Below are positions 50,780 through 63,380 of a stretch of DNA of 64,000 nt, one piece after another. The stretch comes from Lama glama (lineage: Eukaryota). The stretch spans positions 4,032,001 to 4,096,000 of the forward strand of contig CM052818.1 of the NCBI GenBank assembly GCA_028534125.1, given 5' to 3'. Position numbers and translations under genes: made by a program. The notes under the pieces are model-generated. The model worked only from the letters and a program-made list of their open reading frames with translations. It was not told where the DNA came from and ran no database searches. Positions within the stretch are counted from its first letter, which is position 1, and every line of letters starts with the position of its first letter.

Positions 50780-51760
50780 TGTGACCACTATCAAGAATCT
50801 TCAACCCATTGGACAAAAATTTTATCTCTGTATTAAGTTCTTCTTTTTCCAGTGAGCCCCAAACAAACCCAATTTCCAAACATAAACTAGTTAATAGACA
50901 AGATATATACTCATGGACGTTGAATAGCAACACGAAACATCAGAAGAGATACATGGAATATAAATGGGTCCTGTCCGGAGTAATACATTCCCGTCAGAAT
51001 TCTGTTGCATCTATGGTTCAGACAGTCTTTGGGCAGGGGCAATCTGCCGGGTAGGACACCTCTGAGTTTACTAACAACAATCACCAACTGATAAAACACC
51101 AATGTGTGAACCACTTGACTCCATCTTGTGACGTCTACTCTTTCCCAAAGTTCTGTCATTGGAATCCGCCACTCTTAAGTTTGCTTTGCAAAATGTGTGC
51201 TGGCAACTGCATCTGCAGCTATTTCAGAATCCTGACATCTATCAATGCTTTGGGGACAATGGAATGATATGGGTCATTCTCATAAGTCATTGGTACCAAA
51301 GGGCAATGCTAAATTCTTCCAAAGCATTCTGGGAAGAGCATCACAAAGATGCCCATAATTGCTATCAGGCACTGCCTGCCACATGAGCAGAATATTTGGT
51401 GAGAGGAGAGATACAGAGGAGTGTGACAGGGTGAGCATGTGCAGGATAACTAAAATTAGTTTCCAATCTGACATCCTCATTTCTGCCTTCTTTGGAATGG
51501 CTTTCATTTCCACAGTTTTCTCCATACATGGTCCATTCTGAGATGGTCCCCATTCAGAGGTCTAAATGTCAACTGCTCTGAAAAAGCTACTGAAATTCTG
51601 ATGCTGAATGAATGTGTAACCTTTCAAATGGGTACTCTGGCATCTTCTCGCTTTGCCAGAAAAGCAACCAGGGAGAGAACCATAGTTATTCATTGATGCA
51701 AGTCCTTCTGTCCTTGTAAAAAGATGTCTCAAATACACAGGAGCAGAGTTTCAGGCTGAT
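50780..51760 (-). mobile_element. Ancient RTE-clade LINE fossil (MamRTE-like), RT region
   Basis: Ordered degenerate RT motifs on the minus strand (see findings). Confidence 0.55.
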
Positions 51761-52776
51761 AACTCATCCTATTGATAAATTTCCATCTTGACCTAGAGTT
51801 CTCTGGCTCCCCCAGTGTTGCATGCTCCCCAAGGAGGTCAGAGACTGGACTGTTAAAAGGCAAATGGAAAAACTCTCTCCCAGAATCATAGCATAACTGA
51901 GCCCTTCATGAAGACCAACTGCTGTAGAGGCTCAAGTAAAGGCAAGGATTTTCCCCAAAGTCCTCCCTCAGAGAATCACCTTATATTTGAGGCTTTACAA
52001 AGTCTCATGCTACAATTACTGTCTCAGTCTCTTTCTTTCGACCAGTGAGGTACTGCTTAAAGAAAGCATCACCCTAGTAACTTTAGTTGGATATTTATCG
52101 AGGTCTGTCTGATTGAACTGATAAAATAAAGGAGAAGCAACAAAATTTAACCCATATTTCATGATTATTTCTGGAAGTCTGCTTCCCAATTCCAACCATC
52201 TGATGGTGCAAAGGGGAGAAAAGCCTTTTAAAGACCAGCTTTAAAAGCAATAAAATACATGGTTACCTTGGACAGGTCCTAAATATACCTCTCAGGACAA
52301 TTGAAAAGCTGACAGCTAATGTTATCCAAATGCATGCTTGTGCTTGGGTCAGTTTTCTAGTGAAAGGCTGACGTTACAGAGGTCTCAAAAGCAGACATGA
52401 TGAGGTCTAGAAGATGTGATAAGTGACTTAAAAAATGGCTCAAGGGGTGACACCGATGTTGAGGGTTTATGTTAAAAGGTTTGAATGCAATCTTTTAAAA
52501 ATGCGAAAATGGAAACAATTTAAAATTCGTATCTTATTTTATATAACACTATTCTGAGTGTATGTATTAACATTATTAAATGAAATAATAAAAGATTTGA
52601 CTATTTCACCTGCATCTCTAAAAGGTATATATTTAAGATTCAACCTTCCTTCTCCCCTAATCTATCTTTTTTCTTCATCTTTCTTTGGGAAAAATGGGAC
52701 GAATTACCTTGCATTTGGATGTATATGAAACATAAGAAATATCTGTGGATTAATATAGAGAAAATGTCACATGTCA

Positions 52777-52801
52777 TATATATATATATATATATATATA
52801 T
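52777..52801. repeat. (TA)n microsatellite
   Basis: Direct inspection. Confidence 0.9.
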
Positions 52802-54059
52802 CTGAGAGAGAGATTAGATGTGATTGTGCCTGGCTTTGCCTGATTTATTGATTCCATTTTTAAAATACTGTCAGAAAACATTCTGTAGAATATTACCATC
52901 TGTATTAAGTGTCTGAACTTACTAAAACCATTAACCAGCCTATAAATTCATTGTTCACATACTACCCAGCATATCTTCTATTAAAAATAAACCCCTGTCT
53001 ATTTCCTAATGCACTTTAGCTTAGAGCTAGTTTAACTCTTAGACCTCAGTCCTGACTTCCATGATCACTGTAAGGGGTCGTTGCCAAAAGCCTGGGAAGA
53101 GTCATTTCCCCTGTTGGCATTTTGGTTTCCCTGTTTATGTAAAAAGGGTGATGTGGTATGCCCTGATTACTGCGAGGGTCTGATGCCCTGCAAGTGAACC
53201 GAGAGGATGGCACTTGGTCAAGTTTTCTTTCCTCACATGTGTATATATATACATATATATATACACACACATACACATACATTAAAAAAAATTAACCTGA
53301 AGCATACAAAGCATGTATTCAGGAAGGGAGGGAGGGGAGACAGAAGAAGGAAGGAGAAACGGGAGGGAGGAAAGGAAGAAAGGAGGGAGAGGAGACACAG
53401 TTAAGAAATTATTCTGAAACCTGTAGTATAAAGGCTGTGGATTTCTCAGACCCTTTGTCCCTCACTTTATCTCTGTTGACTTTGCTTCATTCATGGCCGC
53501 ATAGCTGGGAGAGGACGGGCTGGAGGATTCCTCATATTTCTTCTGGGTTTACAGACCTCAGTTTTCCATGAATCTAATATTCCTTTTTCAGACACTGCTC
53601 ATGGAAACTTCGTTGGAGGTCAGGGTCTGGCCTTCGCTTGCATGGAGTATTGTAATGGCCATGTGAGCCACCATAGAAGAAATGGGTCATCCAGTGAATG
53701 AAACCTTCTCGTTAAATGACATAACTGTGTACTCATTTAGTCATTAAAAAAAAATTTCTATGTAGTTTTCAAAAGAGTTTGAGTCACTGCTTAGGGCATA
53801 ATAAAAGATAGGGAAGAGTGCCAATTTTAAAACAATATTTTATCTACAAAGGGAGAATAACTAGGTTTAAAGCCCAGTGCTGAATGGGTCTCTGCGTTCA
53901 TCCTAACGATGATTGGAACTCAGCCTGATGTCAAGCACTATTATCCATGCATCATAGAAGGCAAAAGTAAGGCATTGAGGGGTTGAGAAAATTGTCTAGT
54001 TAGAGCAAGGATCAAGTGTTTCCGACCATGGGGTCACACTCTAAACCACAGGAAGTCCT

Positions 54060-54460
54060 AGGCTAGATGGACTATGTCTGATTCTGAACATTTAAAATTA
54101 TATTTTCAAGCCACAAAGGTAGAAAAAAATAATCTAAGTTCAAATTTTTTTTTCTAGGAATAAAAAGAGTAGAAATTTACCCCCAGATTCAGTTCCTAGC
54201 TGACATGGGAATACACCTCACTGTTGGGGTAATGAAAGTTAAAGATGCCATAAAGAGGAGCCTCCAAATGTTGACTGCTTGGTGGGAGCCTTGTGGACAA
54301 AGATCCTGCAGAAGTTTCCTTCTGCAGAGCATGGAAACAAGTGTGCCACGTGTGTGCAGAACAGGAGAGTTTGTGGACATGGCTGAGAGTGATGGAGAAG
54401 AGTTGATTGAGGATCATGGGGAGGAACGGATGGCAAAAGTCTCAGGAACTTTGGTGATAC
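54060..54460 (+). mobile_element. Degenerate Tigger/pogo-type transposase fossil
   Basis: LPPDS / QFLADMGI / VKDAIK..AW / FVDMAESDGEELIEDHGEE resemble Tigger DDE motifs and the C-terminal acidic region. Confidence 0.45.
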
Positions 54461-55449
54461 CGGTTTAAAAAAAAAAAAGGTGAAGATTGTGTTAAAGAAT
54501 TTTACCAAGTTACCTGAGACCTCTGTTAATTTAATAAAACACTTGAATGAGTGACACCAGAGCCTGGCATTTTTCATCCGCAACCATTCAGCAATGGAAG
54601 AACGTCTTTCTATGGAGAAGCTGACTTCTCGTTGGCTCTGTACCAAGTAAAGAACAGCGAGTCGCAAAGGAAATAAAGCAATCTTTATCTTCTCCCTGGA
54701 AAGCCCCCTGTTTCCCCTCGGGCCTCTCCCTCTGGTCCTTGGCAGCCTCCTTCAGAGCTGGTCCTTCCTCTTCTCACCGTGGAGCTCACTGGCTCTTTCC
54801 GCTGAGGCCCTCACCATGTTGCAACGTGACCGCTTCGGGTGTATAGACCATTTAATCTCTTTCCTCCACCTGGCCTCTCAGTTTGTGTTCTGTTTCAGGG
54901 CAGCCCACGGTCTCTGCCATCATTCTGGTGGCCCTGGGGGCCCAGCCACTTTCCTCCTGAAACTTACAATACTACCTCATTATTACTGAGATTCAGAATA
55001 GAGTTGACTTTTGTAACCATGTAATCCTACCTGTATAGATGGGTTGAGGTTCTATAAGGGTCGCTTAAAATTTATGTTATGTTTTACTAAATTTTATTGG
55101 AGGGAAATACGTTTTACTGACATTCATAAATGTTGGAGTCTATAAATGTGTTGAACTCTATCTGTAAGACAAAATTCTGGAGCCTCTAACATACCATATG
55201 TAGATGGTATATTGTCACTGTGAAAACTCTACACTTAACTTCCTCTCTCGAACTTCTGTTTCAGCATCTCTAACTGCCTCCTCAGCATGTTGACTTGGCT
55301 GTCCCATTTTTCTGTTTAAGCGTGCTTAGCTAAAAATTTCCCCCACAAACCACCGCTCAGATCACCCGTTTTTCCAATGTTTATCTTTTAAATGAAAAGT
55401 AGGTTAGGAGTCATCTTTTTACACGTCCCGAGCAATCTTCTCACTTTCC

Positions 55450-55685
55450 CCTCAGTAGTTTGGGCTCTGGGGTCACCCTTCCTGGATTAAAACCCCAGCT
55501 TGACGACTTAGTGCCTATCCTACAACAGGCTTTCCATTTTACTTCTTTGAGTCTCAGTTTCCTGGAGTCCAAAACAGTGCCCATCTCAAGGAGCTGTGAG
55601 AATTAAAAGGAGTCACTCATGTAAATACCTTAGTGCATGCTTAGCACATGGAGAACTCAGTATTTGCCACCATCATTATTATTAT
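55450..55685 (+). mobile_element. MIR SINE
   Basis: 'tgagtctcagtttcct...gtgagaattaaa...cttagcacatg'. Confidence 0.65.
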
Positions 55686-55969
55686 CTTTGTCAGCATCAC
55701 CGTCATCATCACTGCCCCTGCCCCATCCTTGCACTCATTGTACTCACTGGATAATTTTTGCCTCTTACTTCCCAGAGGAAATTGAGGCTATCAGGTATGA
55801 AATTCCTCAACTTTTCCTACCACCTCAAATGTGGCTGCATCCCCACCCATTTTCCCTCTCTCCTTTCGTTACAGACAAAGGTGTTCCCCTTTCCATGGCT
55901 TATCCTCCTTCTCTTGGCCATGTGCTCTTTGCTACCCTCCTCAGGCCATAAAATCAGCCCCTCTTAGAG

Positions 55970-56205
55970 ATGGAGGGCAGTGGGAGTGAATGACTGGGCT
56001 TTGGAATCGAACAGAGCTGGTGTCAATCTTGGCTATCCTTTTCCTGGCTCTATGACCAGCTTCTTCATCGGTAAAACAGAGATGATGACTCCATGACTCT
56101 GTGACTCTAGGTCATGGAGTCTGGGGGAGAATTTGATGAGATAATGACCATAAAGCCTGAGGCTCAGTGTCTGGCACAGAGTAGGACCTGAATAAATGGC
56201 AGCTT
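55970..56205 (+). mobile_element. MIR SINE
   Basis: 'gggctttggaatc...cagtgtctggcacagagtagg...aataaatggcagct'. Confidence 0.65.
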
Positions 56206-58934
56206 TTTATTTTCATTGTTAACATCTGTTAGTGCTGCCAGCCCAGTGCCTCTCCTTGCCAGCCTCATGCCACTGTGCATTACATGGTGTAGGTGCTTGA
56301 GAAACATTTGTTCTAGTGGTGGTGGTGAATGATGAATTATTAGCCATGATAAGTTGGCTCTGGCTGGGACTCAAGATTGCTGACTCCCCAGAGAGCTGCC
56401 TGATATCACCATCACAGCACCAGAAACCAGCATTCATGCAGTAGGGGGATGCTCCAGGCAAAATCATTATAATTCTGCGAGGATTTGGCCCCAAACCTAA
56501 GGTAGCCTCCTGTTGAACTAGACTGGACCAGGCAGAGGAACACTTTTTCTCTGGCTACACACAAGCGCAAAGCTTAGAACCCAAGGACAGCAGCAATCTC
56601 CCTGTTTCTTTCCCCGAGGACCACACTTCAATCCACTTGAGAGAAAAACAACCTTATAGAAACACAGTTAAGAAAAAGAAAGGGTCCAGAGACCTTCCTC
56701 CTGAAGGCCCACGGAAGGCAGTATTGGCTTGGGAAGAATGTCTTCTCCTAATTAGAGGACGCCCAGATCTGCCTCGTCTCATCAGTCACGTGGAGGAAGG
56801 AGTCCCATGAGTCAAGCCCTAGCTGGCATTCCCAGAACACCTAATGCATAGAAAAATTATTTTTAAAAAACCTCAATATTTTCAAAGGAGACCCCAAGGA
56901 GGGAAAGTAGGCAGAGGTGGTGTGGGACTGAAGATTGTTGGCAAGAGGCAAGAGAGGCAGGGCCTTTAGGGGTGTGATGCAGCAGCAGTTCTGAGGAAGA
57001 TTGGGACCCTTAGGAAGGTCAATATCCTTAGCATAAATGTAGATTTCTTTGAATATCTTTAAACTTAATTCTCCGTACGGTCCTATAGAAATCCCCAAGC
57101 AGATACATACGTGATGGTGTCATGTCAAAATGTGTTCGTCTGTTTATTGATTTATTGAGCTTGTACTATGTGCCAAGCTTCATACTAGGTTCCAGGGATA
57201 AATGAATGGAATATGGCCTCTGCTCTCAAGTTGTCCGACAAGACAGGCATTCTAAACTTATCTTAGGAAAGCTGATACAGCTCACAAGTATGTCAACCAC
57301 GTAACAGAAAATGACCATTCTTGTGCCTGGAGTAACAGCTGGGAGATGCATATTTTGGATTTCTTTTTATCCCAAATTTGGTCATTTGACTTTATTACAG
57401 AATTCACTTGGGTGTTTCATTTTTGCTAAGCCAATGTTGGCTGTTTGGTGAGAGTGGCAGGATCAGGTGACTGTAGAAATCTCCTTACACCAAGCCCACA
57501 TGTTCCTAGTCTTCGGCTAGCCAAACTCCCACTGAGCTGTTTGGCTATTTAAAGAATTCTGAAGTTATTCCTCCCTAGAATTTCTCTTAGGTGCTGTTTT
57601 CAATCCCAACTGCACAAAATCCCAGAGGTAATTAATCAACGAGTCCTAAACACAAAAGCTTGACAGAGAATTCACTAATAATCATGCTGGAGGGTATGTG
57701 AGGGACCATATTAATGGCTTTGGCCCCCTGGACTTCCACATCAGAACCAGCTGGATTGAAGGTGCTTATCAAAAATCCACTTTGTCATCTTCCGGTCATA
57801 TATTTTGTAAGGATTGCTTAAGCTAAATCACTGTCTTATGACATCATACGATTAGATTGGAACTTGACTCTGTAAACCTGACCTTCTTCCATGGAAGGGA
57901 AGAAGGAAAAAGAGATTTTCTTTGGCGGGAGTGGGGTGGGGGTGCAGTCACTAAGCCTTTTAAGGCAGAAATGACCATCCCTTTCTGTTTAGAAATCAGA
58001 AATTTGACTCTATAATTGGATTTGCTATTCCAATAGTACCTAAAACAAATGCTTGTCCATGGCTTCAAGTTTCTTTTTCTCTTTGTTCTATGCATGGCAT
58101 TTAACGAAGGTGGTCACATGCAGACTCTGATTTCACAAAGAAATGCGCGATGCTCAGCAACAGCCCTGTCACAACACACTCAGGCTGTCACCCTGATACA
58201 GAAGACCTTCTCCAAGAAGCCCTCCTGGCATGCAACCTTCTGAACTCGTCAAGTGAAAGTGGTCAGAAGAGTGGCTGCCCGCTGATAAGGCAGGTCTCAG
58301 CTGTTTCTCTCTCCTTCCTCCTCTCCTCCCGCAGAGTGTCTGAGGCCAGCCAGGCTGACATCCGGCGTCCCTTCCAACTATGAGGGTCAATGATTCTGTT
58401 ACAGGCTTTGCCTCCATGGTTCATGCAACTGGGGAGCAAGGGGTTACTTTTGTGACATTCTCTGTGGCTAGAAAGTCTCAAACTGACACTGAGATTCATA
58501 GACTGATCTGGCTGTGACGAAATCTTTCTTATAAAACCACATTCGCGCTCACAACCCTGCCCAGGTATTCATCATCTTGTAATAGTCACTTTCCAAGTTC
58601 AATCCTGCAGCTCACCAGGGAAGCTTCTGGTGGTGGTCACTCAGAAAGGGAATGTGCGTTGCTCCTTCAAAATCGATGGACGCTGCATTCTACAGATAAG
58701 GTGGCTATATTTTCTTAATGGAAAAAAAGGAGACATGTTTTGCCTGTCCTTCTTAGGAAAAGGACAGAACATTTGAAATTGGAACCATCCTAGGAAATCT
58801 AAAAATATTAGAGGATTCATGCAACGTTTAGGGAAAATACAGAATAGTCAGAGTACAGGCTAGTCCACTAGTACAGAGCAGTCCATCACTCTATGCTTGA
58901 ATTATGTGTATAATTGTACAGTCAAGGTTTTATA

Positions 58935-59603
58935 CAGGCATACCTTGGAGATATTGCAGGTTTGGTTCCAGACCACCGCAATAAAGCAAATGTTGTGATA
59001 AATATCGCAGTGCATGTAAAATTTATGTTTACTCTATACTGTAGTCTGCTTAGACATAAAGGCGTTATGTCTTAAAAAAAAACAATGAACACACCTTAAT
59101 TTAAAAATACTTTATTTCTAGGGGAAGGGTATAACTCAGTGGTAGAGTACATGCTTAACATACATGAGATCCTGGGTTCAATCTCCAGCACCTCCATTAA
59201 AAATAAAGAAATATTATGCTATACACCAGAAATTGACACATTCTAACTGACTATATACTTCAATTATAAATAAATAAACCTACTTACTTCCCCTGCAACA
59301 AAATTTTTAAAAAAAATTTAGATAAAAATACTTTATTTCCCCAAAATGCTAGCCATCATCTGAGCTTTCAGCAAGTCATAATCTTTTTGCAATGGTAACA
59401 TCACTATATAATATAATAACAATGAAAAAGTTTAAAGTATTGTGAGAATTACCAAAATGTGACACTGAGACATGAAGTGGTCAAATGTTATTGGAAAAAT
59501 GGTGCTGATAGACTTGACCCATGCAGGGTTGCCACAAACCTCCAATATGTGTGAAAAAAAATAAAGCAATAAAGCAAAGTGTAATAAAAAGAGGTTTGTC
59601 CTA
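58935..59603 (-). mobile_element. Tigger1-derived non-autonomous DNA transposon (internally deleted), carrying a SINE insertion
   Basis: TA followed by CAGGCATACCTTGGAGATATTGCAGGTTTGGTTCCAGACCACCGCAATAAAGC, a Tigger1 terminus; degenerate other TIR 'aataaaaagaggtttgtcct'. Confidence 0.85.
59119..59322 (+). mobile_element. Camelid tRNA-derived SINE (Vic-1-like) with an embedded L1 tip
   Basis: GGGGAAGGGTATAACTCAGTGGTAGAG...CCTGGGTTCAATCTCCAGCACCTCC; 17-bp TSD taaaaatactttatttc at 59102-59118 and 59323-59339. Confidence 0.9.
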
Positions 59604-60769
59604 TCCTATCCACCATCTCAGCATCCAACTACATGGAGTCTCAGCTGTTTAGACAAATCAGAAGTAGTAATGGCAAGAGAGTGAGTTTGAATCCAAGTTT
59701 CCCCAGTGCATGAAGTCAGGGCAATTTATTTAGCCTTTCAAACCTCAACTTTATCCGTCAAATGGGAAAATGAATGCCACCTTTCAGAGGGAGGTTCAGA
59801 TTAAGTGCAAAATGGCAGACACCGAGAGGTGACACTGAAAGGGACTCGGGGTCCTGAGGTTACTCCTCAGCCCATATGAACATGTGCGCGGAGTCCCAGA
59901 GACGTGCTTCACGGCTCCTCATGGAGCTGAAGTCAAAGCAACTTGAAATCTATTCATTTTCTTCATTGAAATAATTGCACCTCTTTGAGTGTCTTGGTTT
60001 TCCCTCTGAGCTGCTTTCCAGATCTGGGTGTCTTGTGAGGCGTGAATGGCAGCTTATCTTGCTGAGAGTGTGGAATAAAACCTTAGCAGCCCCTGGTGTT
60101 AAAGGGCTCGACTTATCTCAGCGTGGTGGCAGAGCGCCCTGGCTGGGTTCACTTCTTTGTCTTCGCGCTCCGTTCGGTTGCTTAGTGCAGCTGTCAGACA
60201 CCTCTAGGGACCCTAAGAGCACGCTAGTGGACAGTCTATACCACCCGCAGGACATCCTAGGTCAGTGGGCATTTTCATTTTTAGCATTTATGCCTTAAGA
60301 AGCACATGCCGAAAAAGATTTGGTTAGCTTTAAAGAACAATGAACATGTGAATTAAGATGCAGATAACGTAATCTGCTGTGACATGGAAAACTTGTCTCA
60401 CTCCATGAAGAATTGCGTTTCGGAAAGGGGCTTAAGTGTAACAGACTCGATGTAAAGTGTAATCGGGAGCTCTCTGTTCCAAGGAACCCTCCGTGAAACT
60501 TTTTTCTAACGCTAATAATAATGACACTATTTTGCTACTTCGGAATTTGATAATGTCAATTTACACACTTAAAAAAATATACGAGCTGTCTTTGTCTGGT
60601 CTTTTGAGCAAAGGGGGTTAGGATAATCATTTATCTCCTTGTTATCCTCTAGGGTTGGCGATAGCACAGGAGGCACCAGTTCTCAGGGTGAAGGAAGCCC
60701 TCTTCCCAGGACTTCTTTCTCCAAAAAACCTCTCTATCACCAAGACAGAAGTTCAAAATTGTTCTTTCA

Positions 60770-61280
60770 TAGTAAGCCTTTAATCTGTCTGGATTTGATT
60801 TTTGCATAACGAGTGAAGTAGACAACATTCCAACAGATACTCGCAGCACCATTTATCAAATCATCTATCTTTTCCTGTTCATCCGTGATCCAGCTCGTAT
60901 ATGTCAATGTTTTATGTTTGTGTGAGGCTTCCCCCAGATTCTTTCCTGCTTTATTTATCTCTTCCTACAACACAACACTGTCTTGATTATTACTGATTTT
61001 TAATAAGTCTTGATATTTGGTAAGAAAAGTCTCATCTAACTCTCCAAGGATATCCTAGCTATTCTTAACCCTTTGCCTCTGCATAAAAATTTCAGGATCA
61101 CCTTTTCAAGTTCAGTTAAAAGTCTTCTAGGATTATGATCGAGATTTTATAGAATCTATATATTGATCTGGGGATTACTGACATCTTTGTTATATTGTCT
61201 TCTTATTCATGGACTTAGAAAGTTGCTGCATTTATGTATATATCTCCTTTCCTGTCTTTCAATAAGGTTTTTGTTTTTTG
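60770..61280 (-). mobile_element. Old L1 ORF2 fragment, antisense
   Basis: 'cagcaccatttat...acactgtcttgattat...taataagtcttgatat...ctagctattctt'. Confidence 0.65.
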
Positions 61281-61529
61281 CTCCTGGATACCGTGCTTTA
61301 CATGGGTTGAATCATTTATTATAGAGTTGTGTGAGCCGACATAATACTTTAAAACAGAGTTTGATTTCCAGCCTAAACTATGCATTTTGTCTAGAAGACT
61401 GTCTCCTGCTCTGTTGCAGATCCTGGGAATGAATGGGGACAGCAGCAGAAGGGAGAGCCTTCAAGCCTCAAGCACTTTCCATAGTTAACCAGCACAAGCG
61501 TTGGCAAGGAGATAGAACAAATACTCCTG

Positions 61530-62100
61530 CTGGGACGAACAGAATTGGGAAAAACCATTTGGGGAGACAATTTGGCAATACGATCATTCATAGTAACACT
61601 GTACATAATGAGGAAAAAAATAATCCAAGTGTCTCTCGACAGTATAATGGACAAATAAACCTTTATTTATTTGTAAGGCTGATAACTATGCAGTAATAAA
61701 ATCAACGGACTACAGCTATATGCATTGACATGTGTGCATCCAGAACCTTCTTTTGAGTGCAAAAAAGCAAGTCATACAAGAAAGCATGAAGCATGATTCA
61801 ATTTATATGTAAATTAATGTAAGCAAAACTATATATTTTTAGGGAATAGTTCATATGTAGTAAAATCATAAAAAATGTAACAGATTGGTTAGCAGAAAAT
61901 TTAGTCTGGATGTTACCTCTTTTGGGGAGAAGGAGATGAACTGGGAAGAGTTACACTGGAAGTTATAAAGGTATTGGTCTTTTCTACTTTTTAAACTGGA
62001 TGGTGCATAGATGGGTGTCTCTGTTTCATAATTGTCTTCAAACTTTTTATATATTTTATATGAACACTTTGTGTGATGGTACACTGCATAGTAAAATTTT
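61530..62100 (+). mobile_element. Old L1ME-type 3' end
   Basis: 'aaccatttggggagacaatttggcaata...aaaagcaagtcatacaag...atgattcaatttatat'. Confidence 0.6.
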
Positions 62101-62319
62101 AGAAGAATGATAAATTAATTCTTTGAAAACTTCTTTATTGAATGTTATATAATAGTATATAAACAAATCTAGATGTCTATGGTAGATGTCTCAAGAAAAT
62201 CCATGCCTATTTAAATAATGGCTATTTATTTTAAAGGGCATTTATGCTTTTATGATATTACCGTAAGTAATCTCAGGAAGAAGACATTTGAATGTTTGCT
62301 CTCATTTTTCCTTGCATGA

Positions 62320-62960
62320 CGTTTTATTAACTACTACGTAGCAAGTAAGCTCTAGGCACTATATAATATATCATGGAACAAAACTAGGATCCTCACCATC
62401 CTGGAACACATGTTCTAGCTAGGGAGCGAAGATTGGATGGCAGAGAGACAGATCAAAAGCAATGAGCAAACTATATTAGTAAGTTGTATCTTCTGTTGGG
62501 AGGTGATAAGTAACCACTGGAGCAGGGCAGGTAGGTTCAGGATTGCTTGACGGGCTGCAGTTTTGAACAGGGTGGTCGGGGTAGGCTTCATTGAGGTTAC
62601 CTCTGAGCAAAGACTTGAAAGAGGTGAGAGAATGACCGTGTGGATTATCGGGGGAAGGTTGTTTCAGGTGGAAGGAACAATTGAAGCAAAGACCCTAAGA
62701 TGGGAACACGCATGGGGTGTTTAAGGATTAGCATGGAGGCTACTGGAGCTGGAGTGGACTTAGCAAGTGGCAGTGACGTCAGAGAGGCATTGGAGGGTCT
62801 CGGGGACTTTCACGAGACTTCATCCTTTTCTCTGAGTGAGGAAAGGAGTGATGATCCAGTGTGGGATCAAAACCTGGCTTCCATATTAAGGACAGACTGT
62901 TAGGAGGTGAAGGCAGAATCGGTTAGTAGCCTGTCACTACAATCCAGGTAAGAGGCTATG
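62320..62960 (+). mobile_element. L2 fragment
   Basis: 'cagggtggtcggggtaggcttcattgagg...tgagcaaagacttgaaagaggtgag...gcatggaggctactggagctggag'. Confidence 0.7.
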
Positions 62961-63380
62961 CGACCCAGACAGTCTCCACGTATTTCTGAGACTGGTGGTA
63001 TTCATGGGGAACAAATGTTACTGCAGCATCCTGCATTCTTCTTGAACCCGCATTTCAAGTCAGCACGTATATGAACAAGTGCTGTCAAGCTTAGAATACC
63101 TTGGCAGTTGCATTTGAAATCTAATATTCAGTGTCTTTACATTTCAATAGAATTGTTAAGTTTTCCTTTACTACTTTAAAAACTAATGATTCCATTCTGC
63201 TCAACGGAATTAGGCAATTTTATTATTAATTAATAGTTGTAAAGACTATGTGGCAACATGAAAAACCCTTAAGATGGAATGTTCAGTGAAAAAAACCAAG
63301 AGGCAAATTATGCATTTGTACAGTCTGACTGTTAAAATAAAAAGATCTATGACCTTCTAATTGTTCCAGACCACCAACTC

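Noticed and set aside
59121..59195. tRNA gene
   Set aside because: It is the tRNA-like head of a SINE, with an A-rich tail and TSD.
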